A DNA stretch of 64,000 nt from Lama glama (lineage: Eukaryota). Below are positions 50,623 through 62,811 of the stretch, in pieces. The stretch lies in NCBI GenBank assembly GCA_028534125.1, contig CM052818.1, positions 7,194,001 to 7,258,000 of the forward strand. Direction: 5' to 3'. The position numbers were made by a program, and so were the translations under genes. The stretch's first letter is position 1. Each line of letters starts with the position of its first letter. The notes under the pieces were generated by a model. It did no database searches. It was not told where the DNA came from and saw only the letters and a list, made by a program, of their open reading frames with translations.

Positions 50623-53600
50623 CTTATAGTATAAAATCATAGTCAGTGATGGCAAGCTGCAATGGGTTACTCAATTAGCCACAATCCAAGATGCAAAAGG
50701 CAATTATTCTGTAAACATCTGAGTCTTTTATAAGCGTAACACATTTTTAGAAAACTATAATATTGCATTTATTTTTTAAGTTGGAAATTCCTGTTTTCAG
50801 AATTTTTATGAAGTAGGAAAATACTTTAAAATTCCACTCTGGTATCTAAATATAGCCTTATTTAATCTAGCATTTATGTAGCAGATACCAGCCAAATACT
50901 TCTAAAAATTCTATCTGCTATAGAAAACTCCCTTCATTTTGAATTAGTTTGTGATATGAAAGTTATCAATGTTTTATCAATAGAATACACATCATTTGTT
51001 ATACAATATGACACATTCATTTTAAACTGACTGATTAACTCCATTTTTGAACCTCCCTCTCCCTCACCTCCCTGACCATTTTTCCTCTATTATTTTCATC
51101 CATACCCCAAAATTCGGAAGTTAATATAAACTCTCAGTAAATGATTCAGTTATAGTTTAAATATATTCTGACTTATCTGAGGACATGAAATATTACTCAA
51201 AGCATCAAATTATTACTAAAGAAAAATTGTCACATTGTTCTTTCTTTAAAAAGTGGGGAGGGTAAAATGTTCTCAGAAAAAGTGAGTAAAAGCACTACTT
51301 TTGGACAAAATGAAAATTATCTCAAGGGCTAATTATATTTCTGTAGTCTCATAGCTGAATCTAGTGGCTAATAATTCAAATATCTTATTAGAGAATTTCA
51401 AAATGAAGCTGAGTTAAGAGAATTAAATTTACTGTTAAAGTCTATTAAAATCCTCCCCATCTGACTTCATTAAAATACACGTACATATTTTTAAATTTCC
51501 CTTGAATACTGATATATGTATATATAGCAAATATAATGACTACAAAAAACAAGTAATTAATATCTTTAACTCAAGGCTAAGCTTTGGAAAATAATCAGAT
51601 ACATTTTTAAAATCCTACACTCTTTGGTCTCAGCAAATTAGCAGTTTCAGGGTATAACAGAAAAGCAGATTGTAAGGAAAAACGTCTTATAGCTTCATCA
51701 ATTTCTACTTATTTCTAAAAAAGCCCTGAAAAGTCAGCAGACAAAATTACATATAAATGTACATATTGATATTAACAAGTTTCCTCCTTTTGGGATATTT
51801 CAAGGTTAAGAAAAAAAATCAGGAACTGCCTTCTGGTAACCAACTTTGCAGATGACAAGCAGATGTAAACACAGATCTCAGATGTTTACAGAAATCAAAC
51901 AAGCAAAAGCAGCTTTCACAGTTACCATGTCCAACAAGGGAGGAAGGCTATAGAAAATGTTTGCTGACTCTCCCAAGTTCTTAATATTTCGGTAAGTACA
52001 GTTTAAAAATATAATTTAAAAGGCCCTATCTTTGTATTTCTATAGTAAGAATAAAAGTTGCAATTAAAATGTAAAAAAATTAATAGATGCCTGTAAAGGG
52101 ACCAAATGAATCTAAAGCAACTCCTTCCTCCACTGTGGAAGTTTAGATTCCAAGTAATCACAAAATTTAAGAAGCTGTCTAATGCATAATGCAGAATAAA
52201 CAACTGCATTCTGACTGGCAACAGGAAAGTGCTTGTGAAAATTTAGTTGGGTTTGTAAAATACCAGCCACTTGGTTGTCAAACAGTAAAGTGGGATATTT
52301 AAAAACAAACAAAAAACACAAAAAAACAAATCAACCTCGCCCCAGTCTCCAAACAACCACTGTCACCAAAAAATAAAGTACTATGGCTGTATTTTATATT
52401 TTTCAAAAACAAGATAACTACTTATTCTACACTAATTAACTAGAGAATAACTTTTTAAATGGAAGAGTTTTTAAAAACAGAATCTTAATGAGGCATAGTT
52501 TAATTACTAAAGCTAGCCAACCAAGTTCTACGCCAACCTCCTGAGTCTCAAACACAAAATAATTAAATAACTGCAAGCTGAGACAAAATGACTTTCCCAG
52601 AAACAAGTCAGAAAAAGTGCAAGCAAGTGGTGAAATGGAACACTCAGGAAAGTGTTGATACCTGTAGCTTGATGGTAAGTTTTAACAAAACCCAATAGCA
52701 ATAAAACAAGCCAAAGCAAATTTATAGTAATCAAGTTTACACAGAAGCTAGAGCATATTAATGAAAATACAGAATGAAAATATTTAAAAGGTTCCAAAGT
52801 AATGATGACCACATTTGACCATGCTAATTTCACTTCCATAACAGCTCTAATTTGAAACCACTTGCTCTTCTCGAAGCTGTGTATGTGCACAGAGCCTGGT
52901 TATCAGGTCATTTTTGTACTTCTTTATAGTCAGATTATTTGTGCTCCTACTATGGATGTTTTTTAACTGAGTTTGAAACGTACTCAAAAATTAAATTTAA
53001 ACCAGGATTTTAGGCATCCAAAAATAGTGACCTCATTTAAATTATAATTCAGTGCATGATAAAACAAAGCTGAGAGCGAATTAAAAATAGGAGCCTGGTA
53101 ATTCATTCTTGGGAATATAGTAATAAGGAAACTGATATACAAGTTTTGGGTTTTTTCCTTGCTGCATTAAGTATTAAAAGCTAATTAGCTCACCCAGGTC
53201 ATTCAATAGCTCACATGTATTCAGAAGTAATTTAAATAGTGAAATGTCATTTTGAAGTCAAAACCGGACAGATTGGCTTTTTACGTGCTTGCAAAATATT
53301 AGAAACAATGAGAATGATAACCACGGACTTAATTTGAGGAATCCAGTCATTCCACCAAATGCTCTTGGAACTTCCTTTTAGCAGAATCAGATTTCTATAA
53401 CCAGATCTTGGAGAAGGGCATCCTAGGTCCCAGGCTCACCCTTAGCTGACTCTCTCAGTCTCCCCCATTTCCCATCATGGCTCCTAAACTGCTGGTAGTG
53501 GGTGGCAGGGTTATCTAGATGAACAGAACAAAACCAACAAATTCTTAGGAACCAGGCTGGCTGTGTAACTGGTCCTAGTGGGGACAGAGAGGGATCCTCA

Positions 53601-54484
53601 CTATGCATTCCGGGTATTAGCCTCCATATAACACCCCAACAGCCATCTGGTGATCAGTGGGCATGACTACCAGATCACAAGTTGGGATGACAGGGACTCA
53701 TTAAAATATTAAATAAAATGTAAACATAAAAATGCCATTTTAATCTTTTATTCAGTTAGAAAATGACAAAGTACATTATTCCTTTGGTCATGAACTGAAC
53801 TTCCACAGGGCTGAACATTGAACATTAATTTAACAGGCACTGCTTTTAGTGTCTCGTAGCAATTATTTTCTACTATTACGTTTAACATTTTTTTTTCTCC
53901 ATGGAAAACTAACAGTAAACTTTCTATTTAAGAGCTACATAAAACCAATAATAATTCTGTGTGGGACTATGTAACTAAGTGCTAGACTCCAACATGTGGG
54001 AACCTAATTGTACATTTAGCAGCACAAATAAACAATTATTTGAATGCTAGAATCTGCAGAGGTTCTGTTGTCACAGACACTAATGTAAAGTCATCTTTGT
54101 GTACTAAAATATTCATATATCTCTAAATTTCTATTTTTTTAAATGGCTTTGCAGAATATGCTTTAAAAAAAAAGCATACAAAATATCACATTTTCCATTT
54201 ACAGGGAAAAAAAACTCCCTACCTTTAAATGTGTAAGGACATTAGGGCTATTTTATATCTAGAAACTATTTTCAGCTTGACAAAGCTTTCCTTAAAATAC
54301 ATTTCACATAAGTCATTTATCATAGTCAGACACTAGAAAATAACAACAGACAGATGAAAGAAAAGTATTAGAAAGGCATCATAGAGAATACAGTCTATTT
54401 GTTTCCTTGTTTATAGGAAAGTCAAGTGATGTGGTCATGCTTTTAGTAAATAAACTAGAATTGTGGTTTTAACACTCTGCTGAC

Positions 54485-54568
54485 CTGGGATTGTGGTGCT
54501 GCTGCTAGAGCTACTGTCATCCACGGGCCCAAAGAAATCAAGGTTCAGAAGAGTGGAACCTCCACTAG
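54485..54568 (-). CDS. AFTPH: Aftiphilin 84-nt cassette exon: ASGGSTLLNLDFFGPVDDSSSSSSTTIP(G), containing a clathrin-box LLNLD
   Basis: caag|CT...CAG|gtcagc boundaries, symmetric phase 1-1, part of ORF 54435..54710. Confidence 0.92.
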
Positions 54569-56097
54569 CTTGAAATTCAGTGACCGTGTTGGTAGGCAGC
54601 CACACAGAAGGTAAGCCAAGGGAGGAGGGGTTATGTGTAAAAAGGGGTAAGACACACACTTGAACATGCAGGTTATAATTAGTAGTCATTACACATTTTA
54701 AAATCAACATTAAAACAATGTGTACAGTATTAGTTTTTCATTGCTAAGGACATTTCTAAAGTAACAATTTAATTCCATGTACATTTTCTCATGTACAATG
54801 TAAATAATTTAACACTTGGTAAGGTTTTAGTTAGCTCGTTTTTTTCAGTCGAAACCGAAGCCATACCAGAAAGACCAAGGGGAACGTGTACCCGTTAAAG
54901 GGAAACAATACTTTAATCTCAACCCAACATTAAGTCACCATACATGCCCAAATCAACCTTTTGTTAGTAGTGTTGGTTTCTAATTAGTGCTTTTTAAAAG
55001 TGACAAAGTTGTCAGTTTCAGGACACACACCAATTCATTAACTTAGTTTAAAATAACGTAATAAGGAATGTCATAACTGCCCTACCCTGATGTGCAACTC
55101 AAGCTGTACTGTTCCCCTTTAACTCTGAAACAGTAATCAGAAATAGTATACATTTTTAAAGAAGTTGTTTGTTAATAAAAAGCACGATGATTTGACTGAA
55201 TAAGACACCAGACAACAGCAAAAGGTGCATCCAGGCTTTCCTTCAGCACTGTTAGTCAATTGGATGCTTTCCAGATATCCTAGGATCCCCCCACTCACTC
55301 TAAGGCAAAGCTGACAGAATGACAGGTGTTTTAGACAATGGCTCAAACAACTTACCCAAGTATAAGGAGTAAGAGTAATTGTACCTTAGAGTCCAATTAA
55401 TTCTTGTCATGTCAACACACAGGAAAACTGGAATTTTGTGTTATTTATTTTAAAGACCCCCTCATTACTGGAATAAAAAGTTCTTCCTTCTTCACGATTT
55501 TCTTTTAAAGCCATAAGTGAAACCAATAATTTCTGAACCTACTTACTTAGTATTTTGAGATGTAAGTTTTAGAAAAGGATCATTAAAATCATTTGTTTTT
55601 CATTTGCATATAAGTGCTCTATAAAATATTATTAAATCTGAAAACTACTTTGAGTCAGTAACTATCGATCTATTTGCATGTTGTTTTTGGTTAAATAATT
55701 GTGCTTTGTGCTTTAAAGCAGCCTCTAGACACAACAATTTGCATCCAAGAAAATTCCATAAACTAAAATTACAGAAAAAAATTTCAAGTAAATTGGTCCT
55801 ACCTAAAATATCATGTAGACTACCTAGATACTTGTGAAAAATAAGCTTGTTTTTGAATTAAGAAATTAAAATTTTACCTGGTTACTACTACCTATATATG
55901 GATATTAACACTATTAATAATAGTAATGGCTGGCTTCTTGAGCAATTACTATTCAGAAAGAAAGCCTGAATTTCCAAAGAATAAGAATAAGAAGTTATGT
56001 TCAAACAAAAAAGGAAATCAGCAGAGAGAAGTCTGTCTGAACTTTGTAGCTTTCTTAACTCTAGCTCTGGTGCTAGAGGCTCTACGGAGAGACGTAC

Positions 56098-56158
56098 CAT
56101 CTAAAGGGTTAGTAAGGCCACTGCTACTCCAGTCAAACTGGACGGGTGGTAGAGACTC
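56098..56158 (-). CDS. AFTPH: Aftiphilin exon (61 nt): ESLPPVQFDWSSSGLTNPLD
   Basis: ctctag|GAG...GATG|gtacgt boundaries, phase 0 in and phase 1 out. Confidence 0.95.
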
Positions 56159-57309
56159 CTAGAGTTGAAAACCAAAAAATCAAAATTAATCAGTATAGGT
56201 TGTAACAATATAAAGAATCCTTAAAAAACAAAAACAAAAAGCCACTATTATGGCACAATCATTAGGCAATGAACTATCTAAAGAAAAAACTGGGATAATT
56301 TATAATTTCAGAAGGTTATCTACAAATACTAACACAAACTGAAATTGCAAAATTTACAAACAGTATAGCTTGCTGACATTAAAATAGCTGTATCTGAGAA
56401 ATGGAATTATCTTTACATTTTCAAACAAATTTATGGACCGATTCTATCTCAAGATTTCAGTCTACTCTCATACCATGATTTTAACTATTGGTTTGATTAC
56501 AATGAAAATATTTTAAAAAATCACTTTTTTTCACTAAAGAGTATCTATTTTAAATGACTAGCCACTTAAAATTTCTTAATAGATAATATAATGCAATAGA
56601 AAAGGTACCATACAGAAAATGAGGCAAGTGGGTTATTAAAGACTATTAAATAACCAGTATATATATAGCTATGTATGGTTAATTTAATTAATTTCCATAT
56701 ATATAAACATTCAAAAAAATTTAATCATCTTCTCTAATTTAGAAATTAGTATAAGAATTTAATTTTTAAAATAATGTATTGAAAAGTACACTCAGAACTC
56801 ATTTGAATATTCTAAGTTTTAAAATTCTGTTAACTGCCAAACACATAAAGATGAAATGCGCGAATGGTACATATAAGATGGAAGGTAGTACAAAATATTT
56901 TTAAAAAGATCATTGCTTTAAGAATATTCTTGACAAAAAATTAGTTTTTAAAAAATTTTCTTTTATTTTGGGGGTGGTGTTGGCAGCACTTATTGAAATA
57001 ACCTGTGTTTTATTATTTGTTAGACTCAGTATCAATGTATCTTTTTTTTCCCCCTGTATTGCTCACCACCCTGCTTTATTGTAAGGTATAGGCTCTTGTT
57101 AAAATTTTATAATCATTTTTTTCTCTGTAGACAGACATTGTTGCCTGTACGAAAGGAACATGAACTAGCTATTTTTGAAAGTCTAATCCCACGATGTTAT
57201 AATTGTCTTGATAACCAATGATAGGCATGTGCTATAAGCATTTAGTCTTCTCCATATTAGGTCAGGCCTGGAGGTTGAGGGGGAGGTATAAACAAAATAA
57301 TAAGCTAAC

Positions 57310-57630
57310 ATTAGTGGTTGCCAGGGGTTAAGAGTTGTGGGAGTTGGAGCAGGTAGCAGGTTGGGGGAATACTTTAAGGGGCTTGTTTGTGGTGGTGGAA
57401 GAGTTCCGTGTCTTGATCACGGTGGTGGTCATATCAATCTATCCACATGATAAAATGACAGAACTACACACACACATTGTACAAATGACATATTCCTGGT
57501 TTTGATACTGTACTATAATTATGTAAGATGTAATCATGGGAGAAACTGGTGAAAGTACAGGCACTTCTTCCGTACTACCTTTGCAAATTCTAGTATATCT
57601 ATAAATATTTCAAATAAAATTTTTAAAAAT
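57310..57630 (+). mobile_element. Old L1M 3' end fragment
   Basis: ttagtggttgccaggggttaag...tcttgatcacggtggtgg...tactgtactataattatgtaagatgtaa...gtactacctttgcaa. Confidence 0.8.
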
Positions 57631-58506
57631 GCTGGTGAAAATCTGGTTTATAACCCACCTGCCAGACTGATAAATAACATTTAGAAAAGATCTTCTTTAG
57701 CTGCTCTCAAACACAAACAAAAAGCTCTAGGCAATCCAACAGATTCATCTTCCATTATTCTATTTCTAGATCAGGGACACCTTTAGAACTATTAAGCACT
57801 GGCTGGATGGACAAAACCCAGATTTATGCAATAACAAAATTCCTGGGCATATGGAGCAAAGCCCTTTCATTAACATGTTTTATCTAAATGATGTGAAGTA
57901 GCTGGATGTTTTGAAATATTTCAGTTATTTTCTGAAATTTTAGCTTCTCATACAGGTGTATGGCATTTGAAGGCACAGTCAATGTTACAATAATAAGGTG
58001 CTAAATCATGCATCAAAATTTAGTGGAAATGAGAGAGATGAAAAACAGATACCTAAGTAATTACAGGCTAGTTAATGGTAATGATAAGTAGGCAACTCAA
58101 AGAGAAAGCTTTGGAATGAAACATTTTAAAGCAACTTGAAACAATGTGGTATGGATGATTACTGCAGAGACAAAAGAAAGGAGACAAGGTCATAATAAAA
58201 AGATGGCAGTGGGGTGGGGAGACTACAAACAGGAGACTTTGGTTCTAGTCCTAGCCGTAGCACCGATGTGTGATTTCGGGTAAATCATTTTGTCTTTCCA
58301 AATGTGTTTTCTAATTGTAAAAGAGAATAGTGCTAGATAGTCATTTTTTTTTTCCCTTCTAATTCTAAAATTCTGATTCACAACAGTAATAGTGACAAAG
58401 TAGCCTAAGAGAAGAAGTTTGCTAGTGGTGATTGGTTGGATAACTGGTAGCCAGAGTTGACTCTATTCAGCAGTGAAATAAAGTATGGTTAAAGTACTGA
58501 TCTTAC

Positions 58507-58545
58507 CAAGGGGGGAATCAGTAATGGCACCATGAATGGTGTGAC
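58507..58545 (-). CDS. AFTPH: Candidate 39-nt in-frame AFTPH micro-exon (VTPFMVPLLIPPL)
   Basis: caag|GTC...TTG|gtaaga, 13 codons, no stop, phase 0-0 matching its host intron. No transcript evidence is available. Confidence 0.45.
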
Positions 58546-60019
58546 CTTGATAGTCAGTGGATAAAGATTTTAAAAATAACAACAACAAAAAATCACTACT
58601 GCTTTTTACCTGTAAGCTGTTTTTTCAGGTAAAAGTATTTTTTAAAAAAAAATTTGTTAGTAAAATATAAATTTCCTAAACAAGAGATGCAATGGCAACA
58701 AGACTAATGAGTACAAACCGATTTGCAAGAAGAGAAAAACTCAATGGCTACCAAATTGAGATAGAAAAGACAGATCAAAAAGCATGCAGTCATATGAGAA
58801 TTATACAACTATGCTAAGTCTGAAAGTCACTATACAGCAATGCCAAAACCAAGAACATAAAAGGGAGGTTTGCTATACGTTTTCTGGGGTAACAGATCAG
58901 GTATTGAACAGCTCTTTCCTGACACATTTTGCTAATAAGCTTCTAGCACTAACTGCTATGGCTGTTTCATCTGAAAATTATCACTAGTAGGAAGATGTAA
59001 CAGTATCTCTGCATGGCCAAAATGTTAAGCTAAAAAATATACACATAAGTTGCATGCCAAAGAATAGTGATAAACAAAATCACTTTATACAGACTTTTTA
59101 CACTGCATTTCAGGTATGTGTTAAGTATTTTAACCTGAATCAGAAGTATGACACCAAGCAAAGATCATGCAATTTAGTGATGGAGGTCAGACATCCCGCA
59201 CAAAATTCTGGTATGCATGCTAAAAATCTTCATTTAAGTGTGTGTGTATGTTACCTACAGAGGCTCAAATCAATTCAGAAATAAGTCTGAACAATTTCCA
59301 TTGGGAAATACTGTTTTCACTGGTTCCACAGAAGCCTAAAAACTAAAGGCAATGAGGATCACAAACTACTATAAAACAAAGTACAGAATAAACTTGTTAA
59401 TTCAATATTTATGTATATTTTTTAAAAAGAGAAACGTGTGCACGAAATAGAAAAAAGAAGTATTTCATTTAAAAGAACTTTAAAAAAATATAAGAAGCAA
59501 GAGACCAAGTTCCATCTCCTAGCAAAAAAGTTTGATATGCATAAATGTTGCCAAAAATTTCTATACTTGCCTGTATAGAAACTGGAAGACAATCCTTTGA
59601 TTATAAGTAGACAGGGGTGTGTATGTATAGAGATGGCAGCAGCTAAATACATAGGGAGCTGCAACTAACCTTCATTAAATTAACACACATTCTTTTTTTT
59701 ATTAGGTCATCTAGACTACTTTTAATCACATCTCTAAGTTATATAAGAAAGATGATATGTATGAGGTACGACTGGAATGAAATACTTAAGGTAGATCAAA
59801 CCAGCTAGGGGCAAGATGACAGGTGACAGCTAACTCTGAAAAAATAAGCAACAGCTTATGGGGCTATCCCACGCGGAAGTGGCTGAAGAAGAGAAGGCAG
59901 CAAGTAAAGTAACAACAAGTGGCCTCAAAAAAGAACAGCTCCACTTCCAGAAAATGTACGAGGCAGTTACTCAAATTACTTTCCTAAAGCCTAGCACTGT
60001 AGGAATAAGAATGCTGACT

Positions 60020-60320
60020 GAGCACAGACTTAGTAAACAATCTTATGGTTACTGGGGAAAGAGGGTGGGAAGGGATAAATTTGGGAGTCTGAGATTCACA
60101 AATGTTCACCACTATATATAAAAATAATTTACAAAAGATTTCTGCTGCATAGCACAGCGAACTATGTTCAATAGCTTGTAATAACCTTTAATGGAAAGAA
60201 TATGAAAATGAATATATGTATGTATATGCATGACTGGGACACTGTGCTGTACACCAGAGACTGACACAGTGTAACTGACTGTACTTCAATTAAGCAAACA
60301 AATAAATAAAATTTTTTTTA
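60020..60320 (+). mobile_element. Lineage-specific L1 3' end
   Basis: cttatggttactggggaaagagggtgggaagggataaatttgggag...tgtgctgtacaccagagactgacacagtgtaactgactgtacttcaat plus an A-rich tail. Confidence 0.9.
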
Positions 60321-61371
60321 AAAATTGAGAAATGCATTAATGATTCTTCAGAGTCCTTAATGTGTGTGTTGCAAACCTCCAAGGGTGGTTGTAAGACATG
60401 ATATAAAATATTTCCTAAACTTCACTATGGAACCCTTCTTTAGTGCAGCATTCTGGATATTAGTATTCAATGGAACACACATTTTGGGAATGGCTGTCCA
60501 AACACACATTTTTTGTGTTAGACGTAACTGAAGATGATACTTTAGGGTTAAGAGATGACAAAGAATATGTTTTAGAAATGGTAATGTTCATTAAGAATAT
60601 TAACCTTTAAAAAACAATATTTAACCAGCACTGACTGAGTCAGTTTCTAATCTGATGTCAAAAAAGTAAGCAAACCAAAATGGCTGTTTCCCCAGATAAA
60701 AAGTGAGAGGGAAGGCTTTGATATTAAACATACTTGACTGAAATATGACTTGTGCTTGAATGTGCTAAGAAGGTAAAGGCTAAAAAGGTAGGGGGAAAAG
60801 AAAAAAGGATAAAAAAGACAAGAAAGCTTTCTTTTTTTTTTTTAAACACTACATTATTTTCAACTTAAATAACAGTTTAATTCAAACTCTCAAAAGTTTT
60901 TGATGTAATAAACACACCTAAATTTTATTACTTTATAAAATTTTTGCAGGTTGCAAAAGTTTGCAAGTTGCAGACTTGAAGAGCTGGCATAAATGCAGTG
61001 TTTTCCATTTTTTTGGGAAAATCTATCACCTACCAGATCTGTGTGTCAGTAATAATGATCATACAATGTTCAAGATGTAAGGGAATTTTAGAGATGCTCA
61101 GTTCTTTTTATAGGTAAAAAGATTAAGGTCTGGATAGGTTTAAAGGACTTACCCACAACCAGCCAGTTCTCAAACTGTCTTTTTTTTTTAAATTAGAGAG
61201 AATTTGTTCATTGTACTTCAAGGGATGTTAATATGTAATCAAAATCACATCCATCATGAAATTAAGTTTAAAAATTTTAAAAACAAAGTCATGTATTAAG
61301 GGAAACAACGTGTGTGGACATATGTGCACATACATGCACAAACATACCTATACACATCCAGATATTTTTAC

Positions 61372-61494
61372 CTGAAAGTGGTCAGATGCACATGCGTTCA
61401 TTTCTGGTGACATGATGGTTGTCTGACCGATGGAAGCTATTTTTTCTGCAGCAGATAGTGGTTTCAATGGTTCCTTGGTGGGCTCTAGCATACC
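61372..61494 (-). CDS. AFTPH: Aftiphilin exon (123 nt): GMLEPTKEPLKPLSAAEKIASIGQTTIMSPEMNACASDHFQ; the gene continues beyond the window end
   Basis: tttttcag|GGT...CAG|gtaaaa boundaries, phase 0-0, open frame, matching recalled aftiphilin sequence. Confidence 0.95.
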
Positions 61495-62636
61495 CTGAAA
61501 AAGGCAAATTAGCCATTAATAGGGTGGGGGAGAGAATCAGCCCATAAACTTTACAGGAAAGTTAATCTAGCAGAAAGCAGAAAGAAAACAGGTCATTTGG
61601 AAAGTACTGAAGACAAAAAAGAACTAGTTTTAATTTTTGTCTAGTGAAACTCTCACAGCACTATAATGGGAAATGTTTCATAATACCACCTTTGGAACCC
61701 AAACTTTTTGAAACAAGACCATGTAATAAATTGAATGTGTTTTAAAGTGCCTGGTTTTCACTGTCACAAAAAAGCATAAGCTCCTGGGGTGTCAGGGGTC
61801 AGGGAGATGGGGAAGAGGTGAGCACAAACAGTACATTACTTTCTTGCCCTAAGAATCCAACACTATTCTGATATTTAAGACCTGAAATCGCAGGAAAGGG
61901 CACCCTTCGTACACATTACACCATGGTGCTGACTTGGAGAAGTGAGAGCTGATTCTAAAACACACCACGTGTGATGACGTCTGTATGTTTCACTGTGAAT
62001 TCAGTGTTTGATCCTGGCTGCAGCAAAGGATGGGAGCCTCAGTTCTTGGTTCTCTGGATGGGCAGAGCAGTCATTACAGAGAGAAAACATCCCATACTTT
62101 CCACGTGTGTTGAAAACCTAACACACTTTTTGAGTACGAAAGGAAGGCATTCAAGATGGGTGTAGAAACAAAGAAGAAAAAAAAATCAGCATTGCAGCAA
62201 TGCTCTACCAAACACTAATAATAACTGGTAATAACCCGGGTTACTGACCTGAAAAAAGGCCCAAGGTTTTACACATTTTAAAATAATACTTGACAAGCTC
62301 TTGATCAACCAAATTAAAGTCCTCCTTTACTGGGGTGGGGAGGGATCAAAACTGCCTAGTCAGTAAGGTTAGAATTTATACATTTCTAAAAACAAGTTTT
62401 CAGGAGCATCCTCCTATCCTCATAAAATCGAGCATAAACTAAGCAATTTACAGATTTTGTTTACATGTGAAAGGCTTTAATCTATCAGCTTGAAAAAATG
62501 AAAGTAAATCATGGTCTAATTCAATACTATATACATTTTACAGGCTTTCTAGTGTGCCCTTCTACAAGGACTCCATGCATTTGGCAAGTGATTACTAGTC
62601 TTAGCCAACTTTTCTAATGTCAGCTATCTCTTAAAC

Positions 62637-62811
62637 CAGTGGTTCTCAAAGGGGTCCCCAATCAGTGCTTCTTTATCACCTGGGAACTTGTCAAATGTGC
62701 AAATTCTTGAGCCCCACCCGAGACCTGAATAAGAAACTATGGCGGTGGTGCCCAGCATTCTGGCAAGTCTTTCAAGTAATTCTAATGCACACTAAAGTTT
62801 GAGAACCAGTG
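62637..62811. mobile_element. MER5A hAT-Charlie element
   Basis: Terminal inverted repeats cagtggttctcaaa / tttgagaaccagtg, with typical internal atcacctgggaacttg...aaattcttgagccccaccc. Confidence 0.9.

Noticed and set aside
54435..54710. 91-aa ORF as a standalone gene
   Set aside because: Only 54485-54568 is bounded by splice sites. The rest is intronic read-through.
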